Source of the DNA: Antedon mediterranea
Taxonomy: Eukaryota; Animalia; Echinodermata
Assembly (NCBI RefSeq): GCF_964355755.1
Contig: NC_092676.1
Span: 29,468,871-29,532,870, forward strand
Length of the DNA: 64,000 nucleotides
Reading direction: 5' to 3'
The notes beneath the pieces were generated by a model. The model was not told the DNA's origin. It did no database searches and was given only the letters and a program-made list of their open reading frames with translations. This document shows positions 1-14,000 of this stretch, piece after piece (position 1 is the stretch's first letter; each line of letters starts with the position of its first letter). Made by a program: the position numbers and the translations under genes.

Positions 1-284
1 TTGTAAAATTCGGAACAGATGTATAATAAATATACCTATATAATACATTTAATAGTGTTTTATAGTTTTTATAAGGTTAATACGAAAATGTGACCTTAGA
101 GTGTGCCAATCTCTTGGAGACAATTTACATTCTCAAGACGACAGGCCAGTCAGCGACGAACCCGACAAGTGTCGGAAAGCCAACCATGCTAGTCAGGTGA
201 TGTGTAATAATTTTAAATAAACAACATTAAAGATGAAATACATATTGAAATAATAGAAATAATTTGCTCTGTAGTAGACCCTAA

Positions 285-424
285 AGCTTGGTTCCCACTA
301 GGGCGCAGCGCATGCGAGTTGACCAATCAAAAGCGACAGTTTGAATAATCCATCGCTTTTGATTGGTCAATTGGATTGCGTTGCGGATTACGTCCTTGCG
401 TTGCATCCTAGTGGGAACCAAGCT
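285..424. mobile_element. MITE family A (PIF/Harbinger-like, TIR AGCTTGGTTCCCACTAG, TAA TSD)
   Basis: taa|agcttggttcccactag ... ctagtgggaaccaagct|taa. Related copies at 1116-1315, about 3645-3778 (partial), about 24820-24963, 52887-53065 and 55153-55985. Confidence 0.85.
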
Positions 425-1115
425 TAATAAGGACGTAACGCAGGGGCGACGCAAGCGCCACTTTTGACTGATCAACATTAAACTCACTAGCTTCTGTTCC
501 CGCTTGGACGCAACGCAATGAATAGCGAGAACCAAAGCGTTAGAGCAGAAGCCAATATGAAAACAATATTTCATTTCATACTTGTACTTCTCTCGTTTAA
601 TATTGAAGTCAATCAGTCTATTGCGTGCAAATACAATTCCCAGTAGAGAGTTTTATTTTTACATTCCGGGTCATGATGTAGTATTTTCGAATTATTTACT
701 TTATCACCTGTCATAATTGGTAGTGATACTGTACTAGTGTTTGCATCCAATATTGTTTTTTTACGACTTTATTTCGTGGAAAATCTCCGATAACGAATAC
801 CACAGCCAACCGGAATATCGTAAATTCTTCTTCTTGTTACGGTGACTTGTAAGTGACATGGCAAAACGTTTATGACGCCGCGCTGCCGTGGCAGTTACAT
901 GCCGCCACAGTTTCTGTGAGAGGATATTCTGAAAAGAACCAATACATAATTATAATGATGTATGATACTGTAGGCCTAATAGGTTCAATTTTTGATCGAA
1001 GCAAGATTCCGGCGTTGACGGATTTGAACGGTATTTAATTAAGTAATAGGCCTATTCGATTGAAGGCCTCCATGTACCAAAGCGCGTGGGAAGGGAACGG
1101 CGGGTTGTTAACTAA

Positions 1116-1315
1116 AGCTTGGTTCCCACTGGCGAAGCAACGTAATGCAACATACGCAACGTAAGAAAATGCTCTTCCAATAATTGTGTTTCCCCTCGCC
1201 TACTTGAAATCAAGAAGCCTGCACAGTTGTTGCGTCGTCAGTTCCACTTGTGATTACGCAATACATCCCTTTGCGTCGATACGTCGTTGCGTTGCGTCCT
1301 AGTGGGAACCAAGCT
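1116..1315. mobile_element. MITE family A, second internal subtype
   Basis: Same TIRs, flanked by TAA on both sides. The internal sequence matches the copy at 55777-55985. Confidence 0.85.
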
Positions 1316-2605
1316 TAAAGATTACATTACATAGACATTTAAATCATTTTTTTATAATTTGTTTAACAAAAAAATAGAAATAGCTGTTCTGTTTTGATAA
1401 GTTTTTGATAGTTTGTACATAATTTAAACTTATCCACATGTATCCAAAGAAACATTTCACATGTTTACCATAATATTTATGTTATACGTTTTTATGTTTC
1501 TGGTCCTATTTCACCCATTTTTATTTGAATAATATATTTTATGAAGTCTCCCACTGAGAAAAAATATCAAAAGCCAAACTATTTAACATTTCGTCAATAG
1601 AAGTTTTACGTGCAAGAACTCTGGGCCAAAAATATCCGTCTGCATTAAATTTTCGTTTCTTTTTTTTTGTTTGTTGAGCGCTCGTCCAATTGTGCTTTTA
1701 TTATGAAAAGAAAGTACATATTATATTAATTATTATTAATCGATTATCGTCGAATTGGCGAGAGAAGATGAGCTAACGATAGGCACGCCGAGAATAGGAA
1801 ACATCTCAATAAACCATTGTCTATACAGACAACCCGACATACCGTACCGACAGAACAGGGAATCAGTTATAGGAAACGCCTGAACACATCGAAAGTAATT
1901 ATGGAATAAGTTATTATGAAGAAAAGTAATCTGAAACTAATGAAGGCAAAATTTGATATGTCACGTCCGATGGTGATGACCCGTGCCTGAGGAGAAGGAA
2001 GGATCCGTTGAGATGTATGATTGACCCAGGTTGACCCGGGGGCAGAGTATAGGCCCACACGTCTGGTGACGGTATTGAGTGATATCTAGCCCGAGGAGTA
2101 GCGTCTAGTGGGGAGATTTATCTTGTTTATCACAGCTTGAAGAAAATTACATCATTTTCTCTCTTTAATACATGGTCACCGCTCAAGAAACAAAACGCAC
2201 AAAATAACAAAAAGAGAGCAAAATACTAAAATTTTAAAATCGTGAAAACCGGGTTTCATATAACGTTGTTTACAAAAAATGAGTTAGAATTGAATTAAAT
2301 TCCCGTCGTAAATCAACCAAACCGATTTGATTTCAAATAAAAATTTCACTTATTTGATTTCAGGAGAGGCAAAACTCCCACACGACGCAATTTGGAACCC
2401 CGAAAACAAGTGTAAAAGCAAATTTACACAGACGAGCGGTAACGTAACAAATATAAAATCTATGTTATTCCTTATGACCATTTACACACAACGCGGAGAG
2501 GATGGGTGGTTTACGCTCTGAGGAGGATAGACACAGATTCTGCGTGGGACAAGCTACTCGGTTTTCCACTTACCGTTACCGCTCGTCTGTGTAAATTGGC
2601 TTTTA

Positions 2606-2767
2606 AGCGTCTTTTCATACCTGCTCCGGTCCGGTTACAATAAATAAAATCGAACCTCAATGTTTCGTTTTCACATGAATAAAATAAGTATTTATTTATG
2701 GTTTCCACAACGCTCCAAATTCGATTTTATTTGCCGAAGCCGGACATGAGCAGGTGTGAAAGACCCT
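2606..2767. mobile_element. Small MITE with long imperfect terminal inverted repeats
   Basis: agcgtcttttcatacctgctc...aaataaaatcga is the inverted match of tcgattttattt...gagcaggtgtgaaagaccct; TTA/TAA flanks. Confidence 0.65.
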
Positions 2768-4689
2768 TAAGGCGGTAGATGACAGTGGAGTTATTATTAG
2801 TTCGTAATACAATCAACCAAAACAATAGAACTGCAAAGGGATTCATTTCGTTGTCTCATAAAGATACTATAATTGTATTGTATAAAGCTACCGACGATAA
2901 TGCTATATAGTATTACACTCTTTAATAGGCCTTATATTATCTATATCATTTGCGGTTTCATTTAACGGCTTTAATAATTGAAATCTTCATCTAAAACTAA
3001 TTCACTTTTGTTGTCGGTTGCAGAAGAATAATCTAATAATACTGTGAACTTTCAGAGTACTTGATTCATTTTTTCCAAATGTACGATGCAATGCGATACG
3101 ATTAAATAATATAAAGTTTATTTCTATTTAAAAGTAGGGCACCTCACAAAGATCAAATAACATAACAATAATTGTATATTTGTGCAAGTTAATTAGAGTC
3201 TGGGTTCGCGTCCTATAATGTTTGATGAAAAAGAAGCTTGAATATATTTATAATTTCCTCATCAAAACATTTTGATATAATACATTTTATAATATCTGAC
3301 TCGTCAGTTTATGCGTTTGTAACGCGTCAGCTTCTTTATTGAGACATTATACCTTATTAGTCTAATGCACCATCTGCAGAATATTGCCTGGCGACAAAAC
3401 AAACATTTTCATAAATTTAAATATAACAAAGGCTGTTATTAATATATAGGATTGTTATATTTTATCTTTTTCCCGATTTCATTGCAATTTGGAATTTCAG
3501 ATTACGGTATTAAAATGATCAGCAGATACAACACATGGAAGTAGACAATCCGCATCTGGTAAATGAATAATGGTGGATATACTTCGTCAGTTTTTCGGCG
3601 TGTCATTTTTTGTTGTTGACGCGGGCTCGTAAACTGATTCAAACTAGTTAGGACGCCCAACGCAAGTAATTTGACCAATCAATCGACGATGGATTATTCG
3701 AACTTTCGCTTTTCATTGGTCACTCGCTTGCATTGTTCTTGTTGCGAAACTTGAGTCCTCTAGTGGGAACCAGGTTTAAAAATAGACATTGATATGGGTA
3801 TCCGTAACAAACTTCATTGCAAGACCTCAAGCAGGATTCGTGCTCACAACGAACAAATTGGACTACTGGACGTGACACGACGAGAGAATGTTGACCCTTT
3901 CAAATTGTCAAACAATTCGAGAAAATAAATAGTTATACAACACCTTTATACAACCACCCCCAGGTGTTTGTATTGGTATAATAATTATTATTTATATTGA
4001 CATTTAAAATCAACGAAAAAATGATTAAAAATCCCTGAAGCACTATGGGGTGAAGATGACCTCGAACTAATCTGTAATCACACATCGTGCGATCTGAAAA
4101 ATCACGACAGTTACAACGAGTAATTACATGATTGTGATTTTCTAATCCTCTTCTTAACTTTTTTGGTCTTGTGTAGGATCGACCCACTTTTATTTCTTCA
4201 TCAATAAAATGTTCGTTTACAATGCATAATAATAATATAATAATAACAGGATTTTTATAGCGCACATACCACTCAAGAGTGCTCAAGGCGCATTCAAAAA
4301 AATAAAAACAAATTATACAAATGCCTGACAAATAAAATGCAATTTCTTTGGAGGGTCTCGTTCTGTCGCGGTCCCGGACCCCTACCTAGGTGACCAAACA
4401 AAGGATGCATTGCACATGAGCAATGTAATGATACAATACAGTAGTATAATTGACATTAAATAACTTTCAGTATATCTGATATCTTACTCCTACCATTACA
4501 TTTTATATATAATAGTATAAGGAAAGAATAAAAAAAAATGTCCTCTATGTTATACACTCTTTACACGTTTTTCAATCCTTAACAATGTACGTATAATTTA
4601 CCACAGAATTCTTTATTTTATAACTCTTTTTATCTCTTTTAAGCAATCAAAAAAAAAAAAGTTATATTTTACTTTACCTAAATATCAAT

Positions 4690-5443
4690 TTTATAAACGT
4701 TAATTTTATACCTTGCTAAATTGTTAAGGTCCATATCTGACCACATTTTTTTTTGCCTTTTCTTTATTTATTAAAAACTCACAATTGATTATACCTTCTA
4801 ACTCCGCAGTGAACATTAACCATGGACATTTTTTAACAAGTCCTAGTCTATGTTTGACTTTACTTTTATAAACACAGAAAGTTAAAATGGAAAATATTTC
4901 ATTAATTTTGACATCATATTTTCCAAGTCAAATTTTCTCCAATGTAACTTCCTGAGTAAATGCAAAACATGTTTTCAGCATAGCGCAACATTTTACCCAG
5001 CAATGTTTTACTTCTTTGCATGTAAATAATATATGCTTTTCATTTTCAACCTCCTCATTACAATATTCACAATAATTACTGTTTGACAAATTCCATAATT
5101 TTAGCTTACACCTAGTTGGTAAAATGTTATGAAGCAACTTGAAATTAAAGAAAGCCACTCTTTTTATGTGCAACATAGGCCCTACTCTTAACTTTGTTTT
5201 TCCAACATAGATTCCAGTCAATACAAAATTTTGAAGTTGGTTTTCCCATTTATCTTGTGCTTTTGGTATGCACGCTTTATATGCTACATCGGTAAAAGTG
5301 GAATAGAATAGTTTGACAGTTGTATAATTTGAAGTAACATTAACATTTTTCTTTATTGTATCAACCTCTTTATGTATATAACAATAGGGTTTCTCAGCCA
5401 CTATAACTTTACAGTTTCTCGGAATAGCGTCAATTAGTGCCAT
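4690..5443 (-). mobile_element. Non-LTR retrotransposon (L1/Tx1-like) ORF2 C-terminal remnant
   Basis: ORF 4928-5443 encodes FNFKLLHNILPTR...CEYCNEEVENEKHILFTC...W, the zf-RVT CCHC motif found downstream of LINE reverse transcriptases. It is truncated and contains stops. Confidence 0.75.
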
Positions 5444-5724
5444 ATATTTTTAAAATCCTCTTCTTAACTTTAAAGAACATTACAAGGCCTAAATATTAAC
5501 ATTTTATTTATAATTTCAAAAAGGACCAATAAAAAAAATATTGATTTTATTTAATTCAAGCCTGAAAAGAAAACGAGCTAGTCCGATGTCGATTAGAACA
5601 TTGTGAAGTGTGTTTGTTTTTTAAATTATTGGTTTATTTAAAGTGTGCTGCTTTACAAAAGTACGATAGGAATTTGAGTTGGCCGGCTTCAAAGGTAAAG
5701 TTCATCATCATTTTCTATTTATTT

Positions 5725-6372
5725 TACTCCCGCCAAGGAGGTATATGTAATCGATTGCGTGTGTTTGTTTGTTAGCAGGATTACTCAAAAAGTAATTACA
5801 AGATCTTTACCAAAATGAATGTACAGATAGATATGTGGTCAAGGACCATTCAATTAAATTTTGGGACCATAGTCCCAATTCTGGACCACTTTTTAGTATA
5901 CTTTTCAGATCTGCTAGTGTTAAAAGATAGGACAGAATTTTTCAAAAGCCGGCGAGCAAGTAAACTGAAATTGCATTTTCTCGAGAACTACTAATCCAAA
6001 AAACTTCATTTTTGTACAAGAGGCAAGAGTTACAATTTGTGATTTGTAATTTTAAAACATAATTTGATTAGGCATAATGTTTTTGATGCGAGTAGTTTAA
6101 AAAACCTCAGATTTCTTTTCAAATTCACTTGTTTGATTTTCGCGTTGCTGTTCTATTGTTAGTCAACTGAAAGCTATTGTTAATTGAAAGGCTTGTTACA
6201 TAACCATTACACCAAACTCCCATACACATGCTTGTAGTGAAATTAGCCTAAATCACAAACAGCAATAAGACACACACAAATAAATATATATTTTTCCGGA
6301 GAAATCTTTTGTGAGTTTTGTTTTTGTAGGAGAATTTACAGTAGGCGGAGGTATGCACTCTCGGAGTGGTCC
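5725..6372 (+). mobile_element. Helentron/HINE-like non-autonomous element
   Basis: 5' tactcccgccaaggagg followed by a (gttt)n microsatellite; 3' ggcggaggta inverted repeat plus terminal hairpin gcactctcggagtg. This architecture is typical of DINE-1/HINE elements. Confidence 0.55.
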
Positions 6373-6569
6373 ATGACTTCAAACCAGTTAACATGTTTAA
6401 GGGTAGCCTATGCATGCTAGTTTTAAATATGACATTTCGTTCATACAGACAGACGTAATTAGTTTTATAAACCAACTGTAGGCCGGGCTGTAGGCCTAAT
6501 TCGATTTGATTATTATGTAATAAAATACAAAAAATATGCCGGATGTAGGAGGCCCTCTTTTGATAAGTA

Positions 6570-6664
6570 CAATACAAAAATGGCGGAAAATCAATTTCGA
6601 AGTTTGTTGTTATTAAAATAGAATGCTCAAAACTCTAAATCGTAGATGTCTTAATACGTATAAG
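6570..6664 (+). promoter_or_regulatory. Putative non-coding exon 1 / promoter of CEP97
   Basis: YY1-like caaaaatggcgg at 6575-6586; donor AAG|GTAATT at 6664/6665; the next acceptor ends at 8035, 10 nt before the CEP97 ATG. Confidence 0.5.
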
Positions 6665-7069
6665 GTAATTTAGCATAATGATTCTGGGATCACTGTTTAA
6701 ATGTAATGTTAACTGCTATTTTTATGTGCCCCTATCTTCAGGTAGGTCTACAATCTAGGCCTGTAAGCGCCTACTCTAGCTAGAGAGAGGCCTAGCCTAG
6801 GCCTTAGGCTTAGTAATAGTAGTAGCTAGTTAGGCCGCGACACAGCGACGAAGATGAGACTAGGTAGAGCTCTAGCAGGACGAATGGTGACGAATTCACT
6901 CTAGGGCTTAGGCCTAGTCAAAGCAGTAATAACTAATATACACACCGGCATAGGGCCTAGCAGTGAGATAATAAATGTCTGCTACCGTATGATACATTAT
7001 ACACACAACACAGTCACTCACAGAGTTTAGGCCCTCTGTCTGGCCTATATATAGGCCTACCGGATTAGG

Positions 7070-7702
7070 CCAAGTTGAGCCGCCGCCAGAAAAACGTTAT
7101 TTTCTATGAAACGCCAAATGCTTACTTTCGCCGGTGCTCGTTTCTATTTAATAGAAGTTCTATTTATATTAATTATTAGATATAATGATGTATATTCCAA
7201 AGTTTATATATCACGGTTTTTAGTATATATTATTAAATATTATAATTAAAGAGAAATAATTATGAATATCTGACTTGTTTGTAGATTCCAAAATATAAGG
7301 CCTAAAACATGACCGAAAGTGATCGTTTTTAGCCAAAAATGACGTAAAAGATAGTAGATAAAAAAAATAATTATTTAACCTCATTCGAAGAGTATCAATA
7401 CTCAATTAGTCCTGAGTGAGAGACAATGTGATTTTACGCGAGAAAAATATTATGGAGTGCACTGCATTTTTACCTTGAAAGATTAAAAACAATTAAATTA
7501 TTAAATATGACTACTTTCCTTTGCTGTGTTGTTATGGCGGTTCAAACCAACAAAATTGTAGTATGTAATTATTATTTATTTTCATGACACAATAAACCTA
7601 AAGACCATGAACTTATGTACTAGGAAACCCCTCTATCACTACGCGAAATGTCGTAAAAGACGCACTGGGCGTTTCATAGAAATTACCGGCGGCTCAACTT
7701 GT
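7070..7702. mobile_element. Non-autonomous DNA transposon with about 50-bp imperfect TIRs (CEP97 intron 1)
   Basis: caagttgagccgccg...ttctatgaaacgcc at the left end versus ggcgtttcatagaa...cggcggctcaacttg at the right end. Confidence 0.65.
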
Positions 7703-8045
7703 CGGCGGCCCAACCGGTCATATCCCACAGTCCCGGCCTACCTATAGGTTAGGCCTGGCCCTAGCTAGCTAGGCCTAGCCTAGTTACTTTAGTTTTATAA
7801 TTATTAAGTTAGGCCTACCTAGCCTAGGGCTAGGCCTATACTCAGTATAGTATATAGGCCTATAACAATTAAACTAAGGCCTACTAGGCCTAGCCTAGGC
7901 CTATATAGCCTTTTAATGTTATTAGGCCTAGGCTACCTAGTTTGACTAAATAACAAATTATTAATAATAATCGTATAAAATGTGGCTTTTTGATTTATCA
8001 GACGCAGACTTGAATATTGTTTTCTTTTATAACAGGACATTTAAG

Positions 8046-11000
8046 ATGGCAAAAGATTTATCAAATCTAGGGTTAAAGAAGATAAATACAGCTGTTCCAG
8101 AATTGTCTGATGTTGACCAATACTCAACGTTAATCTTGGACAACAATGTGATTGCCAAGATCGAACAACTAGACAAATGTCTGAATCTTCAACAAGTGAG
8201 AAATATTACTCAACTTTTAAGTTTGTTACATTAAAAAAGTCTTGGATCTGCCCTTTGTACATAATGTAATAATACATTAATTGATAGACTAAGAGCTCTA
8301 TGAGCTCTATCAAGAGACCAAGAGGATGATTCAAAACCACATGGATAATTAAAAATTGTAGGAAATGATACAAAAAGAAAAATAAATAAGTCTATGCAAA
8401 CTGTGGCCAATAATCACTCTGATTGGAGAAGTCCTGGGTGTGCTATGTCACAAGATATTTAGCATTCGTGATGATGATTATATTAAAACTTAAAACCATA
8501 TATCGTGTTATGGGTGGGTTTTTTACCAGTTTTTTTTTTGTTATTCAGCTTTCTATAGCAAACAATCGTATAATACATATGAATGGAGTGGCCAGGCTGA
8601 GAAATCTGCGTGTTTTAAATTTACCAACCAACAGTATTCAGGGAATTGATGGCTTAAAAGATTTGATACAATTGGAATGGTTGAACTTATCGGGCAACAA
8701 CATTAAGGTAAAAACAGGAGTTAATTACCAAATAAGGTACAAAATATCCAAATAAGTGTACAAAATATCCAAATAAGTATTCAAAATAACAATATAATGG
8801 TACAAAATATCCAAATAAGGGTACAAAATATCCAAATAAGTGTACAAAATATCCAAATAAGTGTACAAAATATCCAAATAAGTGTACAAAATATCCAAAT
8901 AAGGGTACAAAATATCCAAATATAAGTGTACAAAATATCCAAATAAGTATTCAAAATAACAATATAATGGTACAAAATATCCAAATAAGGGTACAAAATA
9001 TCCAAATAAGGGTACTAAATATCCAAATAAGTGTACAAAATATCCAAATAAGTGTACAAAATATCCAAATAAGTGTACAAAATATCCAAATAAGTGTACA
9101 AAATATCCAAATAAGGGTACAAAATATCAAAATAAGTATACAAAATATCCAAATAAGTGTACAAAATATCCAAATAAGTGTACAAAATATCCAAATAAGT
9201 GTACAAAATATCCAAATAAGTGTACAAAATATCCAAATAAGTGTACAAAATATCCAAATAAGGGTACAAAATATCCAAATATAAGTGTACAAAATATCCA
9301 AATAAGTATTCAAAATAACAATATAATGGTACAAAATATCCAAATAAGGGTACAAAATATCCAAATAAGGGTACAAAATATCCAAATAAGTGTACAAAAT
9401 ATCCAAATAAGTGTACAAAATATCCAAATAAGTGTACAAAATATCCAAATAAGGGTACAAAATATCAAAATAAGTGTACAAAATATCCAAATAAGTGTAC
9501 AAAATATCCAAATAAGTGTACAAAATATCCAAATAAGTGTACAAAATATCCAAATAAGTGTACAAAATATCCAAATAAGGGTACAAAATATCCAAATTTC
9601 AGTCTTAAAATCAGCATAGTATTCTTGTCTCCACCTTTCCATAAAGCATACAATTGATAACATTGTTAAATTACATTAATTAAAATGTTTTGTTTTGCAG
9701 TCTATGGACAACTTATCTGCTTGTCTTAAACTGAAGCACCTTGATCTGTCTGATAACAGTATATCTGCAGTCAGCAATATCTCACTATTGACCTGTTTAA
9801 AGGTATCATTCATTATTATATCTTAAGTAATGCTACACATTTATGTATTGTGTACATTGACTTAACTTGTTGAATATTATTGCTTTTTTAAAACGTTACG
9901 GTTATCCAACTGGAAAAATCTATTAAAATTGTTTGCAAATTGTTTACTATGTAATGTTGTCTTTAAAATTTTAATTAGGAATTTTCAATGTTTTCATTTT
10001 TTATTGAGGACCCCAATAGAAATATATTTTTTATTCAACTTTCTCAGGTTATCTTCAGTTCATTCAGATAATATGGTTTTTTGTACATTTTTAATTCATG
10101 TCTGTTATATGTAAAATTGAATGAACTGAAATACAAATAAATAAATGAAAACCAGCCTTGTTATCACAGAAATAATTGTTGAGCAAAGTTGTTACAATTA
10201 CAACTGCCAATAGCCATGATGTATGTGTCTAACACATTAATAACAGTACCATCCTTATTGACCTCTTTTAATATCAAGTTCAGATAGTGAAGCTGTAGCT
10301 TGCTGGTTAACATGCTTGCCTTCAAATCCCAAAGTCCAGGGTTCAATCCTGACGTAGTGCCAGGGGTGTAACTTACGACTCTTTCAACTCCACTCTCTCT
10401 GTAGTGTAATTGGCGAGTTTCTCGCTGTTGGATGCATATGATTAAAAAATACATTGGTATCTTTATTCACATACAATAATTGTGATGTATATATTCATTC
10501 TGTACCTGTTTACATAGCAATAATACATTGGTATCTTTATTCACATACAATAATTGTGATGTATATATTCATTCTGTTTACATAGCAATAATGTTGGTAA
10601 TAACGTTGCATTGTATGTGACTATACTTCCTGCGCTATTATGCGTTTTATTTACTATCAATTACTATTAACACTTCAAAGGGAAATTACCAGATAGTTTG
10701 AGAGCAGTGCTGTAGGCCTACTCTGTTGTTACTGTAGAAAAATCTTCTAAACAAGATTTTTTTCAAACAAATGTATAAAATTTAAAAAATTTTATGTGGA
10801 TGGTTTCTTCTTTTGGTTTTATCCACTAAAACTATAATGAGCAAATATTTTTAAATAAATGTTGAATAAAATTTATTAATTTCATTGCTACTATTAATTA
10901 CAATACATCTTCTGAACATCCAATATATCTTCTTGGTACAGATGGCTCAGAGTGTCTGAGCAACTGAGTGATGAGAGATTCCTCCATGCCTTATGATCCT

Positions 11001-14000
11001 GTGCCAACGTAACTGTTTCCACAGCTGTACAACCCTCGCTGCTGTAATTCCGTCCATCCATCTTTTTTTTTGCCTTACTCGCGTCAGTTTACATTGCACA
11101 GACAGCTCCCATTAAACTGTCTTTCTTTAGTCCCAGATATCTAGAGATATGTGCGAAACATACATTTCATTATTGCTACTAAATAACTTGTTTTCAACAA
11201 CATTTAATGTATTTGAACTTAATGCTAATTAAACTTATATTATAAACAATGCTTAATCACCTTTTATTGTACACTTGCCATATGTAGGTAAACTTTATCA
11301 TGACATTGATGTTTTTACTGTTAAGTGGTAAAACATAAGGTCAAATGTCACGTTGCAACATACTGTACTTCATTAGCACTGCTGTCATATCTTTTATAGA
11401 TAAAGTTTGATTTTTTATATTGTGTTTGTTACACTTGATTATGAAGATGCTAGCTTTTTTCACACACACACACTTGACTCTGTTCTATACAGACTAAGCA
11501 GATCCATGTTCACACACACTAGAGTTAACTCTATTCTATACAGGCTAAGCAGATCCATGTTCACACACACTAGAGTTAACTCTGTTCTATACAGGCTAAG
11601 CAGATCCATGTTCACACACACTAGAGTTAACTATTCTATACAGGCTAAGCAGATCCATGTTCACACACACTAGAGTTAACTCTGTTCTATACAGACTAAG
11701 CAGATCCATGTTCACACACACTAGAGTTAACTCTGTTCTATACAGGCTAAGCAGATCCATGTTCACACACACTAGAGTTAATTATGTTCTATACAGGCTA
11801 AGCAGCTCCATGTTCACATACACTAGAGTTAACTCTGTTCTATACAGGCTAAGCAGATCCATGTTCACACACACTAGAGTTAATTCTGTTCTATACAGGC
11901 AAGGCAGATCCATGTTCACACACACTAGAGTTAACTCTGTTCTATACAGGCTAAGCAGCTCCATGTTCACACACACACTAGAGTTAATTCTGTTCTATAC
12001 AGGCTAAGCAGATCCATGTTCACATACACTAGAGTTAACTCTGTTCTATACAGGCTAAGCAGATCCATGTTTACACACACTAGAGTTAATTCTGTTCTAT
12101 ACAGGCTAAGCAGATCCATGTTCACATACACTAGAGTTAACTCTGTTCTATACAGGCTAAGCAGATCCATGTTCACACACACTAGAGTAAATTCTGTTCT
12201 ATACAGGCTAAGCAGATCCATGTTCACACACACTAGAGTTAATTCTGTTCTATACAGGCTAAGCAGATCCATGTTCACACACACACTAGAGTTAATTCTG
12301 TTCTATACAGGCTAAGCAGATCCATGTTCACACACACTAGAGTTAATTCTGTTCTATACAGGCTAAGCAGATCCATGTTCACTACACACTAGAGTTAATT
12401 CTGTTCTATACAGGCTAAGCAGATCCATGTTCACACACATTAGAGTTAACTCTGTTCTATACAGGCTAAGCAGATCCATGTTCACTACACACTAGAGTTA
12501 ATTCTGTTCTATACAGGCTAAGCAGATTCATGTTCACAAACACTAGAGTTAATTCTGTTCTATACAGGCTAAGCAGATCCATGTTCACACACACTAGAGT
12601 TAACTCTGTTCTATACAGGCTAAGCAGATCCATGTTCACACACACTAGAGTTAATTCTGTTCTATACAGGCTAAGCAGATCCATGTTCACACACACTAGA
12701 GTTAATTCTGTTCTATACAGGCTAAGCAGATCCATGTTCACACACACTAGAGTTAATTCTGTTCTATACAGGCTAAGCAGATCCATGTTCACTACACACT
12801 AGAGTTAATTCTGTTCTATACAGGCTAAGCAGATCCATGTTCACACACACTAGAGTTAATTCTGTTCTATACAGGCTAAGCAGATCCATGTTCACACACA
12901 CTAGAGTTAACTCTGTTCTATACAGGCTAAGCAGATCCATGTTCACACACACTAGAGTTAATTCTGTTCTATACAGGCTAAGCAGATCCATGTTCACACA
13001 CACTAGAGTTAACTCTGTTCTATACAGGCTAAGCAGCTCCATGTTCATATACACTAGAGTTAACTCTGTTCTATACAGGCTAAGCAGCTCCATGTTCACA
13101 CACACTAGAGTTAATTCTGTTCTATACAGGCTAAGCAGATCCATGTTCACATACACTAGAGTTAACTCTGTTCTATACAGGCTAAGCAGATCCATGTTCA
13201 CACACACTAGAGTTAATTCTGTTCTATACAGGCTAAGCAGATCCATGTTCACACACACTAGAGTTAACTCTGTTCTATACAGGCTAAGCAGATCCATGTT
13301 CACACACACTAGAGTTAATTCTGTTCTATACAGGCTAAGCAGATCCATGTTCACACACACTAGAGTTAATTCTGTTCTATACAGGCTAAGCAGATCCATG
13401 TTCACACACACACTAGAGTTAATTCTGTTCTATACAGGCTAAGCAGATCCATGTTCACACACACTAGAGTTAATTCTGTTCTATACAGGCTAAGCAGATC
13501 CATGTTCACTACACACTAGAGTTAATTCTGTTCTATACAGGCTAAGCAGATCCATGTTCACACACATTAGAGTTAACTCTGTTCTATACAGGCTAAGCAG
13601 ATCCATGTTCACTACACACTAGAGTTAATTCTGTTCTATACAGGCTAAGCAGATCCATGTTCACAAACACTAGAGTTAATTCTGTTCTATACAGGCTAAG
13701 CAGATCGATAACTAATGAATGAAATATAACTATCGTGAACTTTAGGAATATTTTCAGCTAGAAAAACAGCTGATATAATTTATCAGGTTTTGTCATGTTG
13801 TGACTGACATGAGCAATAAATATTGCAGTCTTGCTACTGACCTTAGCTACTGACCTTAGCTACTGACCTTAGCTACTGACCTTAGCTACTGACCTTAGCT
13901 ACTGACCTTAGCTACTGACCTTAGCTACTGAACCAGCTACTGCACCTTCTTCAAATCTCAATCAATCATATTTCAATATTCAGGTACTCAATACTTTCCC

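Noticed and set aside
1700-4400. Possible gene in the left 4 kb
   Set aside because: Only short ORFs and scattered splice-like sites; no coherent protein could be assembled.
6580-6621. ATG 6580 as the CEP97 start codon
   Set aside because: Stops at 6621, and no donor puts it in frame with the exon starting at 8036.
8725-9663. Multiple ORFs of 60-214 aa ([21 protein letters not shown] repeats)
   Set aside because: Translation artefacts of the 21-bp intronic minisatellite; open in several frames on both strands.
11407-13442. Repetitive ORFs and a superficial CRISPR-like appearance
   Set aside because: Head-to-tail 51-bp units with no unique spacers, no cas genes, and located in a eukaryotic intron.
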